A stretch of 64,000 bases of DNA from the human T2T-CHM13v2.0 reference genome, Homo sapiens (GCF_009914755.1 NC_060925.1), one strand, 5' to 3'; positions 37,645-51,643 are shown, numbered from the stretch's first letter. Notes: generated from the sequence alone by a model not told the origin. Program-made: numbers and translations.

Positions 37645-38953
37645 GTAAGCATTGCTGTGCGGGGTGGTGGTGGCGGCAGCGGCGTCGGCAGCAGCGGCGG
37701 GTAGTGGTAGATGCCATTAAAGAGATCCTGTGAACTCCCCCAGGCTCAGAGAGGCCTTTTAGCCTGGCTTAATTATGGCTTAATGAAATCGATATGCACT
37801 CAGGCGGCAGTGAGGTGGGAGGAACAGGCTCAAGGAAAAGGAAGGGGGCTTCTCAAGCCATTAGTGGAAGTCTAGGATTGCATGTCTGTGGAGGACCTGG
37901 GTAAAGGGGCCCTTCATTCATTTCCTGCCCAGGATGAAGGTTCTGAATAGCCCCCAAATGAGCCAAATCTGTCCTCTGCATTGATCTCCTTAACTCAGGC
38001 TCCACTAGACTGGGTGAGCCAGTTCACAGACTTGGACTATAACCCTGCTTTGCTCCCAGAGGAATGCCAGCGGACCCCAGTCAGAGCCACAGACCAGAGC
38101 CATTTGTCCCAGCTGGTGGCTTGAGCTGAGTTGCTCACCCTTTGCTGGAGCTTGGGACCAAGGGTACAGATTCGTTGGACTGCAGAGTGTGGCCCCTGAG
38201 TGAAGGACCCTGTTCCTACAGGGTCAAACCCACCATCCTGGCATCTTCAGTATGTGCTCTAAGCAATTAAGCCAACTAACCCAGCCAGCAAATCCACCTG
38301 GGATAGCCTACCCAAAGACCCTCTCAGGAGAGAGCAAAGCTGACTTAGTTCTCTCTGGTTGGAGGAGGAGTTCACATCCACAGCACCTGGACTCCATAGT
38401 TTGGTCCATACTTTTTCAGGCTCCTACTACCCCTATTCACCCTACAGCCTACATGCACAGGCACACACTTTTTCTGATGTGGGAATTCACCACATGGTGA
38501 GAAATGAGAGGTGAAACTAGGAATGAGAGCCAAGAGACAGAGTCCCAGCTCATCTCTGGTTTTCAGGAGGGATGCTAACTGGCTTTTGGCCCTCACCAGC
38601 CAGATCCATGTGAAAAGTTAATCGCTTCCAGGGCAACAGAGCGTCTGCTGACAAGCTGAGAGTTTAAGGAAGTAGGTTATAGTATGTCTAGTGTGAAGAC
38701 TGTGGTGAGGAAAGAGAACTTCAGGAGAGGGAACGGTGTCCCCAGCTGAAGGGTCGTTTAAAAGCGTTAGTATTGCACAGACGGGCATAGGGAAGCTGCC
38801 TGGAAACCTCCTGGTCTGTATGGTGGACTGGACCCGCGGTTCCCTGGTCCCTTCCCCCACACTTTCTACCTTTGACAGGTGACCAGGACCTAAGCACTGG
38901 CTCTCCAGCTCCTGGTGCCTGGCTCTAGGCTGATTGAGGTTTCTGTTCCCCAG

Positions 38954-39106
38954 GCAACCATACGAAAAAAACTGTCCCAGTTAAGGCCCAGGCTCAGCCT
39001 ATACAGCTGACAGACCTCTATCCCGGGATGACATACACGTTGCGGGTTTATTCCCGGGACAACGAGGGCATCAGCAGTACCGTCATCACCTTTATGACCA
39101 GTACAG
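38954..39106 (+). CDS. NFASC: NFASC alternative exon, FNIII-5 C-half ([51 protein letters not shown])
   Basis: ccccag acceptor, gtgaga donor, 153 nt, phase 1-1. Confidence 0.95.
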
Positions 39107-42100
39107 GTGAGAGGGGACCTGGCCTGGCCATCCCCTGCAAGCATGGGGCATTTCATTCTCATCCTCAGCTTCCTGCTTGCCTCTCTCCTCGGAAAGAAGA
39201 CTCATCCCCCACCCCATTTCCCACCTTGCATGGCGTGTCTCAGCTCTTATTATGTATCAGCTGAAGGCTCCCAGGAAGCCTAGAGGAGCCCAGTGTGCAT
39301 GCGTAGTGGAGAGGAAACAGTGATTGTGGCCCCGTGCGGGTCAGAAGGAAACAAAGGATGTTTAATGACAACAGAGAACACTTAGCCCCCTGCTCTGCCT
39401 GGTGTGTGTGCACATTTGGTCACTGTCTGTGGGTCTGGGGGCTGCAGGAGAGTAGTGCAGCCTGGCCTGTGCGCACAGGGGCTGGCTCCCTTCATGCAGG
39501 ATCAGGGGATAGGGCCAGCGCAGGGCCTTGATCTAGAAATCGCTCCAGGAGATCAGTGCATTTGTTACTCCCTTGCCACCATCATCTATTGTTAAAAATT
39601 TCAAAGTGAGTGACACAACTTGTTTGGGGCTTTGTTTTTGTCCCAAATTTGTCTTGGCCTAAAAGTAGGTGATTTTTTGTCATGCAGGGAGAGGGGAAGA
39701 AGCTCTCCAGAACCGGAAAGGTTCTGGCTCTATAGCGGCTTTAGCTGTGGATGAAGAAACATCTTCCTTGTGCCAAATGAACAGGCCAACTGGGGCTCAG
39801 CAAAGGGTACAAGGTTCAGCAATCTCTGTGCTAGTAGGGGTAGCTGGCAGTCTGGATACTTACAGGGCACTCGCTGGTCTGAGTGTGTGTAGCTTTAAAC
39901 TCAGCCGAGCAGGCTGCCAAGTGGCCGGTATGCTAAGCCCTGGGGCTAAGGGTAAGGGTGGGGAAAGAGATTAAGAGAGAAAAGGATCAGTACCTTGCCC
40001 CCAGGGGATATCCTAATCAGATGCAGGTCATTAGATACACAGCATAGCGGAGGGGAAAAAACACACAGTGATTTACATGAACTTCTGAATGTTGACTTAA
40101 ATATTCATTACTCCTCCTGCACCTGGCCTGGCGAGGCTGATCCTGGTAGCTTGCATCTTGGGAGTCCCTGCCCATCTGTGTAAACGTCTCACCCCACCCC
40201 TTCTATCCTAGTCCTTCCTGGTCCAGCATCCTGTCTTCCTCCGTGTCTCCGCCTGTCCTGCACATTTGCATGCCATCAAGGCTCAGAGGGTCTGAGAGTC
40301 GGGCTCCCTGATTGAGGCTAGCCAGGCCGACTCAGGCAGGATGTCTGAGTGGCCAGCCTGTCCTGTAGCAAGGGGAGCAAGGCCAGGCAACTGGACAGTG
40401 GACCGAGCAGAGCAAGTGGCTGGACTCTGTCTAGCTCAGATGAGGTCCCAAGCTGTTGCTCACTGGTATGTGCATTTGATTTTGCTTCATTACATATTTG
40501 AGTCCAGCACAGCAGCAAAAAGCAAAGATGATATTTGAAAATAGAGTTCCATCCTAGGGAAGACTGCCAAAACCAGGGCAGCCTGCTTTCAGAGTTTGAC
40601 TTCTCCAGGTGCTAAGCCCTAGGGCTGTGGGTGAGGGTTCAGGCCCTGCCCTCAGGGATGTCCTAATCTGATTTGGGATATTAAGCACACGACAGAATAA
40701 TGATTGATACTGGGTATGCTTCTGAACCTAAATACTCATTTCTCTTTTCTTGCACTTGGTGGAAAGGCTCATCTTGATAGCTTGCTTTCCAGTGATGAAG
40801 CACTCAGCCCTGGCAAGTCTTCCCAGACTCCTCCCAGCGAGAGCTGGAGTGGGCAGGTTGATGAGCCCAGCTCTGAGTACATATTGTCCACTTCTCTCAC
40901 AGGCTGGCTGGAAATTACTGTCTGCAAACCACATAGGGAAAGGAAGTATTTTCACTTTCTGAAGTCTGTGGGTGTGTGTCGATATCCTTCAAAAATACAC
41001 ATTCTCTTTCCTGTGGATGGACTCCAGAGCCAAGTCCATGCAATCCACAGATCTCTGTGTTTCATTAAAGCAAGAACTCGTGAGCATCTCTGGGCCCTGA
41101 CCACTGGTCACTTAGACAACCACAGGCAGTCACTTTAGTCTGCAGACTTGAGTGCGCTATAGCAGTTCAGGAAGGAAATTGAAGGAAACCACTGGGAAGG
41201 CTGACAGCCTCTCTGACCCTCACCAGAAAAATCCCAATGGGAAGTTAATCACCTCCTTGAAGTGTCTGAAGCCAAAGAGACCTGAGGGGCTACAAACACA
41301 TAACCCTGGACTCCAAGAGGCCCATCAGCCCTTCTGTGCTGGGGGCGGGATGGGGTAAGGCAGGAGGATGGTGGAAGCTTAGAGTGGGCCAGCAGTCAGA
41401 TAGCAGCCTGCCTCGGACCTCAGGAGAGCAGGGAGCAGGGCCTCAGGGGCCCTGAATGCAGTCAGCTTCTGCTGTGTTTGGGAGAAGCATCTCTTTGGTG
41501 GGCCAGGATGGGGCAAGGGGTGGAGAGGTGTCAAATGGTGCTTAAGTGAGAACAGCCAAGCCAAACTGTATTTGGGGAAAATCCATCCCCGTTATATTTG
41601 TTAATCTATCCCTATTTCTAGAACATAATTCTTCTGCAGACTTTGAGTGACTGGCCTTTCTTCCCTGGCCAAACCCAATTCCTCCCAGTTAGAATTAGGA
41701 GTCATGAGAGCTGTCTGCTTTGCAGGTGTATTGCCCGCTTCTGAGTGGGTGTTGCCGGGAGAGGTGTGGAAGGCACACAAAACACGTCTTCTAGTCCAGT
41801 GTAAGAGGCGTGGGGGCCGGACGAGAGGATGCTGTTCTGGCTCCCGTCAGTTACAGCTGAGAGTGGCAAGTGTAAACGCACCCTGGTCTTTGCACACAGA
41901 TATTACTGGATCCGTTAGGAATCTTGAAACAAGTTTAACAGACCGATTGAGTATGGTGTTGACAGTCAAATATAATTGCTCTGGGGCCTTGCTAAAATGC
42001 CTTCCTCTCAGAGTCCAGGTCATGGAGTCCCATTATAAGTGTGATCATTATGTCCTAAATTTCTTTTGGTCCTTGAGAAACTAAATCACTTTGATGGGAT

Positions 42101-43539
42101 GTGGTTGAGCCCACCTTACCCCAGATCCCACTTGGTTTTGAACAGCCTTCTGTGTCCAAACTTCACAGGAAATTCTTTCACCTTTTCGGTAAGGACGGAA
42201 GGTAACATTTGAACTTCACCTGGTACGTCAGGAATGAAAAGCCACATTTGCTTCCTAATTGCCCATGTGGCCCCTTTCCCCTGGAATGATGACTTTCTTT
42301 CCCAAGAGGAAGGAAGTCTTGTGGAGACAGCTGTCAGGGTGCATCAGAACAAGCACCAGGAAGATGGTGGTGCAACTAGGCCATTGACTAGGTCGTTGCA
42401 GACGCACAAACCAACCTCCTTGCAAAAGGTGGGTAGAACTATCCAAACACATGTTGAAGTAATTCCTTCATCCCAGTGCCCAGTTCTAGCACACGGGCAA
42501 GCCAGTATCCATATGACCCCTAGCTGATATCAGGGGAAAAACCTAAATCAGTATGCCAGGTTAACTGTATTATAGTAAGATTAAATTCACCCATTAATCA
42601 ATAAGTAGTCACTGACTACTTGTTATGTGACCAGCATTGTGCCAAGTACTACGAGGCTAAAAGAGATCCCCCGTTCTCAAGACTTTAATAGTATAATTGG
42701 AAACCAGGACCCAGGAAATAGAACAATTAAATGTTCCACTGCATGGCGCAGCTGGGGGTGAAATCGGAGTTTGGAGATGGTGTGAGTTGGAGCAAGGGGA
42801 GATTCAGGGAGGAGGGGTAGAGTGTGCAAAGGTGGCAGTGAGCTAGGAGGGCGACAGCCTGGGCTTTCTTGGGCAGGAGGGGCAGGATGCACGGAAAGGA
42901 GACTGGAGCTCCCAGAAGGCCAGGCTCAGAAGCTGAGCCCACACAGTGGAGAGTAATGAAAGGTGGCACCATTGGAAGCCTCCTAGGAAGGTGGTAACGG
43001 GATGTCTCATTGTATCCACAGGAAGTGGCAGGCAGGCACAGGTGAGGGGACCCCTGGAATAGAATGGAACAGTGAGAGGAATATGGGAAGTGTTTTGGAA
43101 GAAGTGGCAGCTCTTAGAGATGGGCACAGTGGTGTGGCCTGTGGCAGCAGCAGGAGAGCTGGGAGAATCAAGGCAGGGGGCAGGAAGATGCAGGTTGAAT
43201 TTCAAGCGCATGCATCCAAGGAGAGCTGTAGGAGGAGGCTCTGGGCTTACGGTTGTGGAGGTGGCTGGAGGGATGATGGGGATGAATAAAGGGTCACTGG
43301 TGCTGATGAGAGTTAAGGAGGTGGAGGTCAGCTTGGGAGAGGCCCACTCAGTGGTAACAGCTGAAGCGCTAAGAATAGAGGGGCTTGAAGTCAGCTTGCT
43401 GGGGGTACAGAAGAGTTGTCGGGAGCTGGAGGGGGTGGAAGAGCATAGAGCGTACCAATTAAGAGGGCAGCATGTGAGCTGGAGCTGAAAAGTGTGGCAA
43501 GTTCCTCAAGGGTTTTTTTTTTTAAGACACAGGAACACT

Positions 43540-43881
<342 letters not shown>

Positions 43882-44449
43882 TTAAATAGATAATGATAGA
43901 TCTATATATATTAAATGGTTATAAATGCTATGAAATAAGAGATAGCAGCTGGGTGGGAGTTGGGGAGAGGGGCTTTGTTTAAGCTGGGAAGGTTCAGGAA
44001 GACCTCTCTAGGAGGTGCCAGTTGCCAAGGCAGCCATTAGAAGAAAAAGCAGCAGATGCAAAGGCCCTGCAGTAGGAATGAGAGCGGCCAGCATGGCTGG
44101 AGCATAAAGCATGAGGACAGGGTGGTGGGAGGTAGGACTAGAGAGATGGCCAGGGCCTGCTCTGATGGAGCCCGACAGGTCAGGATAAGGAATGGAGAGT
44201 TTTCTTCAATAACAATAAGAAGCTTTGGAGGGTTAAAGCAAGGAAGTGATTCAGTCCTACGTGGGGGGTTGGAAAGATCACTCTGACACTGTGGCGGGGG
44301 CCTGCTGGGAGCAGGAGTGGAAGCAGGGATGGGACTTTTCTCTGCAGCCTACCTAGATCATGGTACTCACAAGCCTTGTTCTCGCAGGCCTCACCTGCTT
44401 TTCAGCCCGGGGCGCCCTGGGCAACCAGAGTGCAGAGGACACGTGTTCA

Positions 44450-44591
44450 TCAGTCTTCACCCCGTACTGGCAACTTTCTTGGTGCAATGCCCTTGACTGG
44501 GCACTGGGAAGGCTGTAAAATCAGTCTTCACCCCGTACTGGGAACTTTCTTGGTGCAATGCCCTTGACTGGGCACTGGGAAGGCTGTAAAA
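44450..44591. repeat. 71-bp tandem duplication (2 copies, 1 mismatch)
   Basis: 44450-44520 vs 44521-44591; C44471 vs G44542. Confidence 0.95.
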
Positions 44592-45914
44592 ACAGTTTCT
44601 GCCCCCAAGAGGAGCAAAGGGTGGGCTTGCACCCAGATAACTGCCCCACAAATGGCATGTGCTGAAGACCTGGGGGCGCAGGTGCTGTGGCCCTCATGCT
44701 TTTCCCCGTGCTCCTGGAAGGAGGCTCAGTGCCTTGGCGCCAGCTCCATGGTTCTTGGGGCTCCTGCTGTTGTGTGCCTCTCCCCAGGTGTCTCTGGGCT
44801 GGCTGGTTCCAGGGTTACTCTGGGTGTATTCAGTTCCTTTGATCCTTCCCTTCTGTCACAGTCTCACGTTCTGTGACAGGCTGCATTTCAGGAGGGGTCG
44901 CTTTTGTTCTCCAGCCGGTAGAAAGGAGAAGGGTGAGTTGGTACTGACCACACCCCCCCTCCCAAACCCAAACCCAGCCATTGGGTCATCAAGGACACCC
45001 TCAGGTGACTCCTTAGCACCTGTACTTCAGGCCGTCCTGCAGGCCTTTTAAATCACAAAGGGATCTGCCCACTTTGAAACAGGTCTGCACATACGCTGGG
45101 CATGGACAGAGAGGGACTCACTGTCACAGGGGTTGGAGGGGGAACATCGGCTTGTCACAGACCACCGGGGGGGTCACCCTGTGTGGAGTAGCCTGGAAGT
45201 GGCATGGAGTGAGCAGAAGGCACAGCCCCAGCCCCACATCGCTGCTGGCCTGGCTAGGGGTACCCACACCAGGATTGCCTTTGCTGTCAGGAAGCGCAGG
45301 ATCCACTAGAGAGATGTGAAAAGATGACAGGGCATCCTGGGCCTCCACTTGGTCCAGTCCCCACCCTCAGGAAGCCTGGATGGCTTCAGAGCCATGCTGG
45401 TGGGCAGGGATGCTGCCGTGTGCCTGTGCAGGCCTGCGAAGGTGTTCTCATAGCAGGTTTTTGCAACGTGGCCACGGCCTGCACTCCCTGATGGGTAGCT
45501 TGCCGGCTCCCATTTCTCCACCCTGGACTCATCCATGGGGAATCATACTTCCATGGCCAATCCGTGGCCATCCCTCAGTCCCCATTAGGCTGTGACCAGC
45601 CCTCTGGTTTCCAAGAATGCCGTGCTTCATCCCTATGACACTTTCCCCTTCCTAAAGGACCTGTTCAACCTTCTGCTTATTTGCTCCTTGTACCCCTTTC
45701 CTTTGCCTCTTTTCTGATCTTTTGACCTTGGCTCTTTAATTATTTTCTTTTTGTCCTTTAGCAGGGTAGTTTGGGCCAGGGGGCTGCTAGGTGGTAGTGT
45801 TAGGCTCCAGGAGAAACATCCACATGAGATAGCTGAAGTTCTTCCCTCCATCTCCCTCCTCACCATCTCCCCCATGAAATCATTCACGGGTTTGCTTCCG
45901 GCCCTCCCCGCCAG

Positions 45915-46046
45915 CTTACACCAACAACCAAGCGGACATCGCCACCCAGGGCTGGTTCATTGGGCTTATGTGCGCCATCGCCCTCCTGGTGCTGATCCTG
46001 CTCATCGTCTGTTTCATCAAGAGGAGTCGCGGCGGCAAGTACCCAG
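45915..46046 (+). CDS. NFASC: NFASC transmembrane exon ([44 protein letters not shown])
   Basis: cgccag acceptor, gtgaga donor, 132 nt; hydrophobic helix plus L1-family juxtamembrane GGKY. Confidence 0.97.
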
Positions 46047-46668
46047 GTGAGATGTGCAAGAGGCGTGGGCTTGCAGGGTGGGGCACGTCCACTTTCCCGT
46101 GAGTCTCCAGGTCTCCAGCCAGATCCGGGGAATGTGTTCTCTCAGTGAAGCCAGCCCTTGCCCGGATTGGAAATACAATCCTCTTGCCTGTGCATCTTCA
46201 GACTGCCAGCGAGCACTTGAGTTAATTAAGTTCGCCTGAGTTGGGCGGATGGCACAGTCCAGGCGGCCTCAGAGAGGGGATGGAAGGAACCCTGGCTCCT
46301 ATTAAGAATGACCTTTCCTCCCCTTGACTCACCACCCATCTGTTCTATAAATTGGCTTTTTTTCAGCCTGAATCTCATTAGGATCCTGTGTCCCAGGGAA
46401 GGAGAAAGGAAGAGAGGCATTTTCCCTAACCGTGTCCCAGAGAATGGGGAGAGGAGGGGCCTGGGCAGAAGCAGCACCCACATGAGAGAGTTCCAGAGGT
46501 GGGCGCTCAGCAGGACAACAGTGTAACTGCCAATACCACTAGCAAGGGTCAGAAGCGAGGAGCAGGGAGAGGCTGAAGATGGGTGGCACTGGTAGGGACC
46601 CCCATGGCCCTAAAGCACTTTGGGCTTCCCTAAAATCCCAAGGATACCTCAAGATCCTTCAGCCCCTA

Positions 46669-46960
46669 GCCAGGCACAATGACTCACACCTGTAATCCCA
46701 GCACTTCGGGAGGCCAAGGTGAGCAGGTCACTTAAGGTCAGGAGTTTGAGGCCAGCCCAACCAACATGACGAAACTCCGTCTCTACTAAATATACAAAAA
46801 TTAGCTGGGTGTGGTGGCAGGTGTCGGAGGTCCCAGCTATTCAACAGGCTGAGGTGGGAGGATTACCTGAGCCTGGAGAGGTCAAGGCTGCCATGAGGCG
46901 TGATTGTGCCACTGCACTCCAGCCTGGGTGACAGAGACCCTGTCTCAAATAAATAAAATT
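46669..46960 (+). mobile_element. Full-length older Alu
   Basis: Dimeric Alu with a degenerate tail. Confidence 0.92.
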
Positions 46961-46977
46961 TTTTAAAAGATCCTCCA

Positions 46978-47310
<333 letters not shown>

Positions 47311-48155
47311 TCAAGGATAAGGACCTCTGGCATTCTTGTTTCTGGAAATATTGACTGTTTTTTACACAGGAGCAAGAGAGCCATCTGTCTGTGATGGGGT
47401 GGGTAGGGACAGGAGACAGGATAATGGATGACCCTGAAAGCAAAGATCTGGCTGGACCACAGAATGCAATTTCTCCCTGCTCCAGAAAGCCCCATCACCA
47501 AACACAACCCATGCTCCCCAAATGCTTCCTTCTCCCCATCTCTTAGAACAGGTCCTCCCCCAGGACCCCCCCCAAAACTCAACACAAAGGAAATAGAAGG
47601 GAGAGGAGACTGGATTCTTTTTCATTCCCCATGCCCAAGTACCCACAGACTAGGACTCTGAAGAGCTGTGCCTTAAGTGAGGGAGGGCAGGAAATGATTG
47701 TCCCTTACTGGTGAGCGATGTTTTCTTTCACTCTGTTCTGCTGTGCTGGGCCTGTCTGGTTCTGTAACAGAGAAAGCCTGAGTTAGGGAAAAGGCTGCCT
47801 CCTCCGTCTGACAGTCAGACTTGGGTGGACTGAGTTCACGCCCATTCCAGGTGGAAGTGGAATACTGGAAGAACCCAGCAGATCAACTCTGAGCTGCCCT
47901 TTGCCCTTTCAGAAAGTATCTCATTCCAAACAGTTCTTCGAAACTAACCTCTTGCCCTCCAGCTACAGAGTAAGCCCCTGGTCCCTTAAAAAGATGAGTG
48001 AACCAGGAGCTACAAGGCCTGGTTGCTAGCCTTCCCTCCAGTCTTCATTCAGTCACTAATTAGTTACGTGACATGCTCTTCAACTCTCAACGGTTCGGTT
48101 TCCCTCATCTAAAATGGGGATGATTATCTACCTTGTGTCTCAAAAAGGACACATA

Positions 48156-48420
48156 GGCCGGGCGCGGTGGCTCACGCCTGTAATCCCAGCACTTTGGGAG
48201 GCTGAATGGGTGGATCACCTGAGGTCGGGAGTTCAAGACCAGCCTGGCCAACATGGTAAAACCTCGTCTCTACTAAAAATACAAAAATGAGCCAGGCGCG
48301 GTGGCAGGCGCCTATAATCCCAGCTATTTGGGAGGCTGGGGCATGAGAATCGCTTGAACCCGGGAGGCAGAGGTTGCAGTGAGCCAAGATAGCACCACTG
48401 CAAAAAAACAAACAAAAAAA
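48156..48420 (+). mobile_element. Alu (AluS-like) lacking its terminal ~35 nt
   Basis: Ends caccactgc followed directly by the A-tail; degenerate TSD aaaaaggacacata / aaaaaagatacata. Confidence 0.9.
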
Positions 48421-49154
48421 GATACATAAAGAGGTTTTCATGTAAGTGCCCGCTGTGCATCCGCCTCTGTGCTGTGCACTAGCGATACTGGAGGAAAAAT
48501 GATCTCTCCTCAAGGGCACCGTAGCTGACACCGAAAGAATGAGCACAGAACAAGGCAGAGCCTCGGCTGAATGCTCACACATCACAGAGGAAGTGGAGGA
48601 AAGGGGGCACGCCAACAAGGGGGTCACAGAGAAGAGACACTTTCCATCCCATAGGTGTGTACGGCGTGTCTTCTCTGCTCAGGGCACTCTGCTAGGAACT
48701 GTGAAGAAGCACACAGACCCCCACCCTTGAGGAAAGAACTAGCCTTCTGTGATAGGCATGAAAAAACGTCCACAAATAGTTACACCACAGAGCAGAGTAA
48801 GAAAGGTGCAAACAGTGGAGTGTTTGCCTTTGGCAAAGGAAATGATCACATCTGTTTGGTCTTTTGGGGAGACTTCATGGAGATGTGGTGGGGGGAGCTT
48901 GGTAGGAGGAGATTTCAGTTGTCAGTAGAGATGTAAAGAGACCCCTGGGGCTGAGAAGGAGGAGGCAGAGTCAACTTGGCAACTGATTGAGTACAGGAAG
49001 CAAAAACAAGGGAGGCGTGGATGGTGCCTTGTTAAAAAAGAGTGTCAGTGAGCCCAGGGCGGTGCCTTCTGGCCCTGCATTCAGTGGAGCCCTAGAGAGC
49101 AGGGGCATGTACTTAATCGTCGTGTCTGTGTCTTTGCTTCTCCTTTTGACCAAG

Positions 49155-49224
49155 TACGAGAAAAGAAGGATGTTCCCCTTGGCCCTGAAGACCCCAAGGA
49201 AGAGGATGGCTCATTTGACTATAG
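49155..49224 (+). CDS. NFASC: NFASC cytoplasmic exon ([23 protein letters not shown])
   Basis: accaag acceptor, gtgcgt donor, 70 nt. Confidence 0.95.
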
Positions 49225-51643
49225 GTGCGTGATCTCCCTCCTCCTCTCTCAGGCAGGCTGTCCTCCCTGTCCCTGAGGCACCACCCTCCCCTCAGAGTAG
49301 CTCCGCTTGGCTGAGAGGCCATGAGTAGCTGTCCTTGCCCATTGGGCTGTGACTCTGCCTCTCTGGTGGCGCTGTGGTGGAGAGTGCATGCTGCTGAGTT
49401 TACTCAGAGGCTTCTCATCCTGAGAGTGCCAGACGAGGCTGCTCCCCCAGGAGTCACTGCCCGACACATGCGTGCATTAGTTTGACGAACAGCATTTCAT
49501 TCATTCAACTGCACAACTCAAATGTATCAAGCTTGCTATGTATGTCTTTCCACCTTTTCACTCTGAACATGAGCCCCAGGACCCTCTTGCCGTGAGATGA
49601 GCTCAGCTCTCATGCTGATTCTCTGCCCACACTCCATTCCTAACCCTGAAGATAATGACCCTGGGAGGCTGTGATGTCTTAAAGCCTCAAGGAATGAAGG
49701 TGGGGTGATTCCAGGTCGTTTCTCCTTGAACTTGGCGATATCTTTGGGCTCTAGACTGGAATGGGCCTTGGAAAGGCTTCTGGTCCAGTGCCCTATGCCC
49801 CAGATGAGAGGACTGAGGCCCAGACCAGGAAGCGAATTGTCTAAGACTCTTCCAAGGTCCCCACCCAGTGAGTTAGTGGCAAAGCTGGAAAGGCCAGGTC
49901 CCGCATTTCCAGCTGGTGCTGCTATTCTATACTTCTATACCCATGCTCCTGTCCTACCTGGATGCATCTTTGTATGTGGGCTTAACAACATTGTTGTGGG
50001 TCCATGGAGATGGCGAGTATGTTCTGAGCTGAAGGATGATGCAGAGTGGGCTGTGGAGTGTCATTCCCAGACCAAGTGCTATGGGAGGGAATGTCTGATC
50101 AGAGCCCTCCCTCCTCATGCCACCCAGTTACTGCCTGGGCCCAGGTCCCCTTGTCCTCTGCTACAGTCTCCTTTTCCTGTCCTGGGCCTCTGCCACTCTG
50201 CCCATCAGCCTGGCAAGCACAATCAGATCAATGTGTGGTGGAGCCACTGCCCACACAGGAGCCTGTCTGCAGGCTTATGGGCCATGACTGTCCACCTAGT
50301 CCCGACATTCCCAGAAGCATCCTGAAAGGGCAGGCACAAGAGCCCCCTTCCCATCTTCCCTGGCAGGGCTTCCCTGACACAGCTTCCCTGTGGGCTGAGA
50401 CTTCCCTGGCTTTTTGTTCCAAAAGCCACAGGGCTTCTCCTCCCCCAGACTCTTGGTGCAGCCAGAGAGGAGGAGCTTGGACCTCCTCCAATACAAGGCT
50501 GGGCAGCCTGTACTGCGAGGAGTTGCTTCCTTATGCACCTCTCCTGCCCCAGACACCAAAGCTGTCAGGCAAAAACCCCTGCCTCCTCCCCGCAGACACT
50601 GACCCTGGGTCTACACGCACAGGAGCATGCCTGGGCCTGCACCCCTACACGCACACACCCCTCTGCTTTGGCTCTGGAAGGTCCGCAGCATCCATCCTAG
50701 AGCCCTCCCTTGGATGAGTCTAAGAGCCCTAACCTGGGAAAAGGCTGAAATTAATACATCAGAGAAAGAACTAAGTTTCTAGAGAGGATAGGCCTAGGGG
50801 CGAGGAGTGCTGTTCTCTCACTCCAGTCTGTGGCTAAGTGGCCGACCACCTTTCCCATGGGGCACCCTCTGTTTTTCTCCCCTATATCCATCCACCTAGA
50901 CCTTGAAGATGTCTCAGAAGTGAGGCTGACAGGTGGCCAGACCAGGGCCACCCCTAGTCATTCTAGTTTCTTTCAAGCTTCCCTTAGGAGAGGTCTGTTC
51001 GGTCTGTTCTTTTCAGACCTAGATCCCCCGTCCCCTCAACAGCCTGGCATGCTACAGATCTCTTCCCCCGCCCCTTCCACTGGCTGGGCTGTTGCTGCCC
51101 AGTGGCTGCACTTAGCTTAGCTGCCTGGAAACAGAGGAGGAATTCCCACAAATCCCATAGCACAGTCCTCATGCCCCTGCACATGGGATAGAGGGCCCTG
51201 GAAAGGAGTGCATGCGAATAAGACCTGCAAGTGGGGTGAGGAGCCTGGCGATTTCCCTCCTCCAGTTGGCAAACAGTGACTTCCGCTTCCTGCACAAACT
51301 CAGCACAGCCCCAGAGAGCTGCCTCCCTCACACCATCTCCCAACCCACGGCTGTCCCACGAATACAGTTAGGCTGTATTCGTGGGGCAGCACTGTGGGGA
51401 GTGGGCTAATAGCTTTCAATCTTCTAACACAGCCCCGGCTCTGGCTCGCTGCCCTCACCTGACAGCTGTCTTTGCCCGACACTGCTATTAGAAGTGAGAA
51501 CGCACTGCCCACTATAATGGCAACTCAGCTGGTTGTCTTCCCCACGTCCAGGAAGGACTGGGGGTGGGTGGGGAGCTGGGGGCAAGGCAGTGTGTGGTGT
51601 GTGTCTGCTCAGACCGCCTGGCACCGCTATGGTCCCACCACTG

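Noticed and set aside
44450-44591. Direct repeats as a CRISPR-like array
   Set aside because: Two adjacent copies, no spacers, no cas genes, eukaryotic intron
49764-49775. GGCCTTGGAAAG as a second RSLE-like 12-mer
   Set aside because: No upstream AG and no GT donor; shows such near-matches arise by chance and tempers the 51194 candidate
49705-50717. Overlapping 206- and 223-aa ORFs in the last intron
   Set aside because: Non-ATG starts, no protein-like features, no exon boundaries
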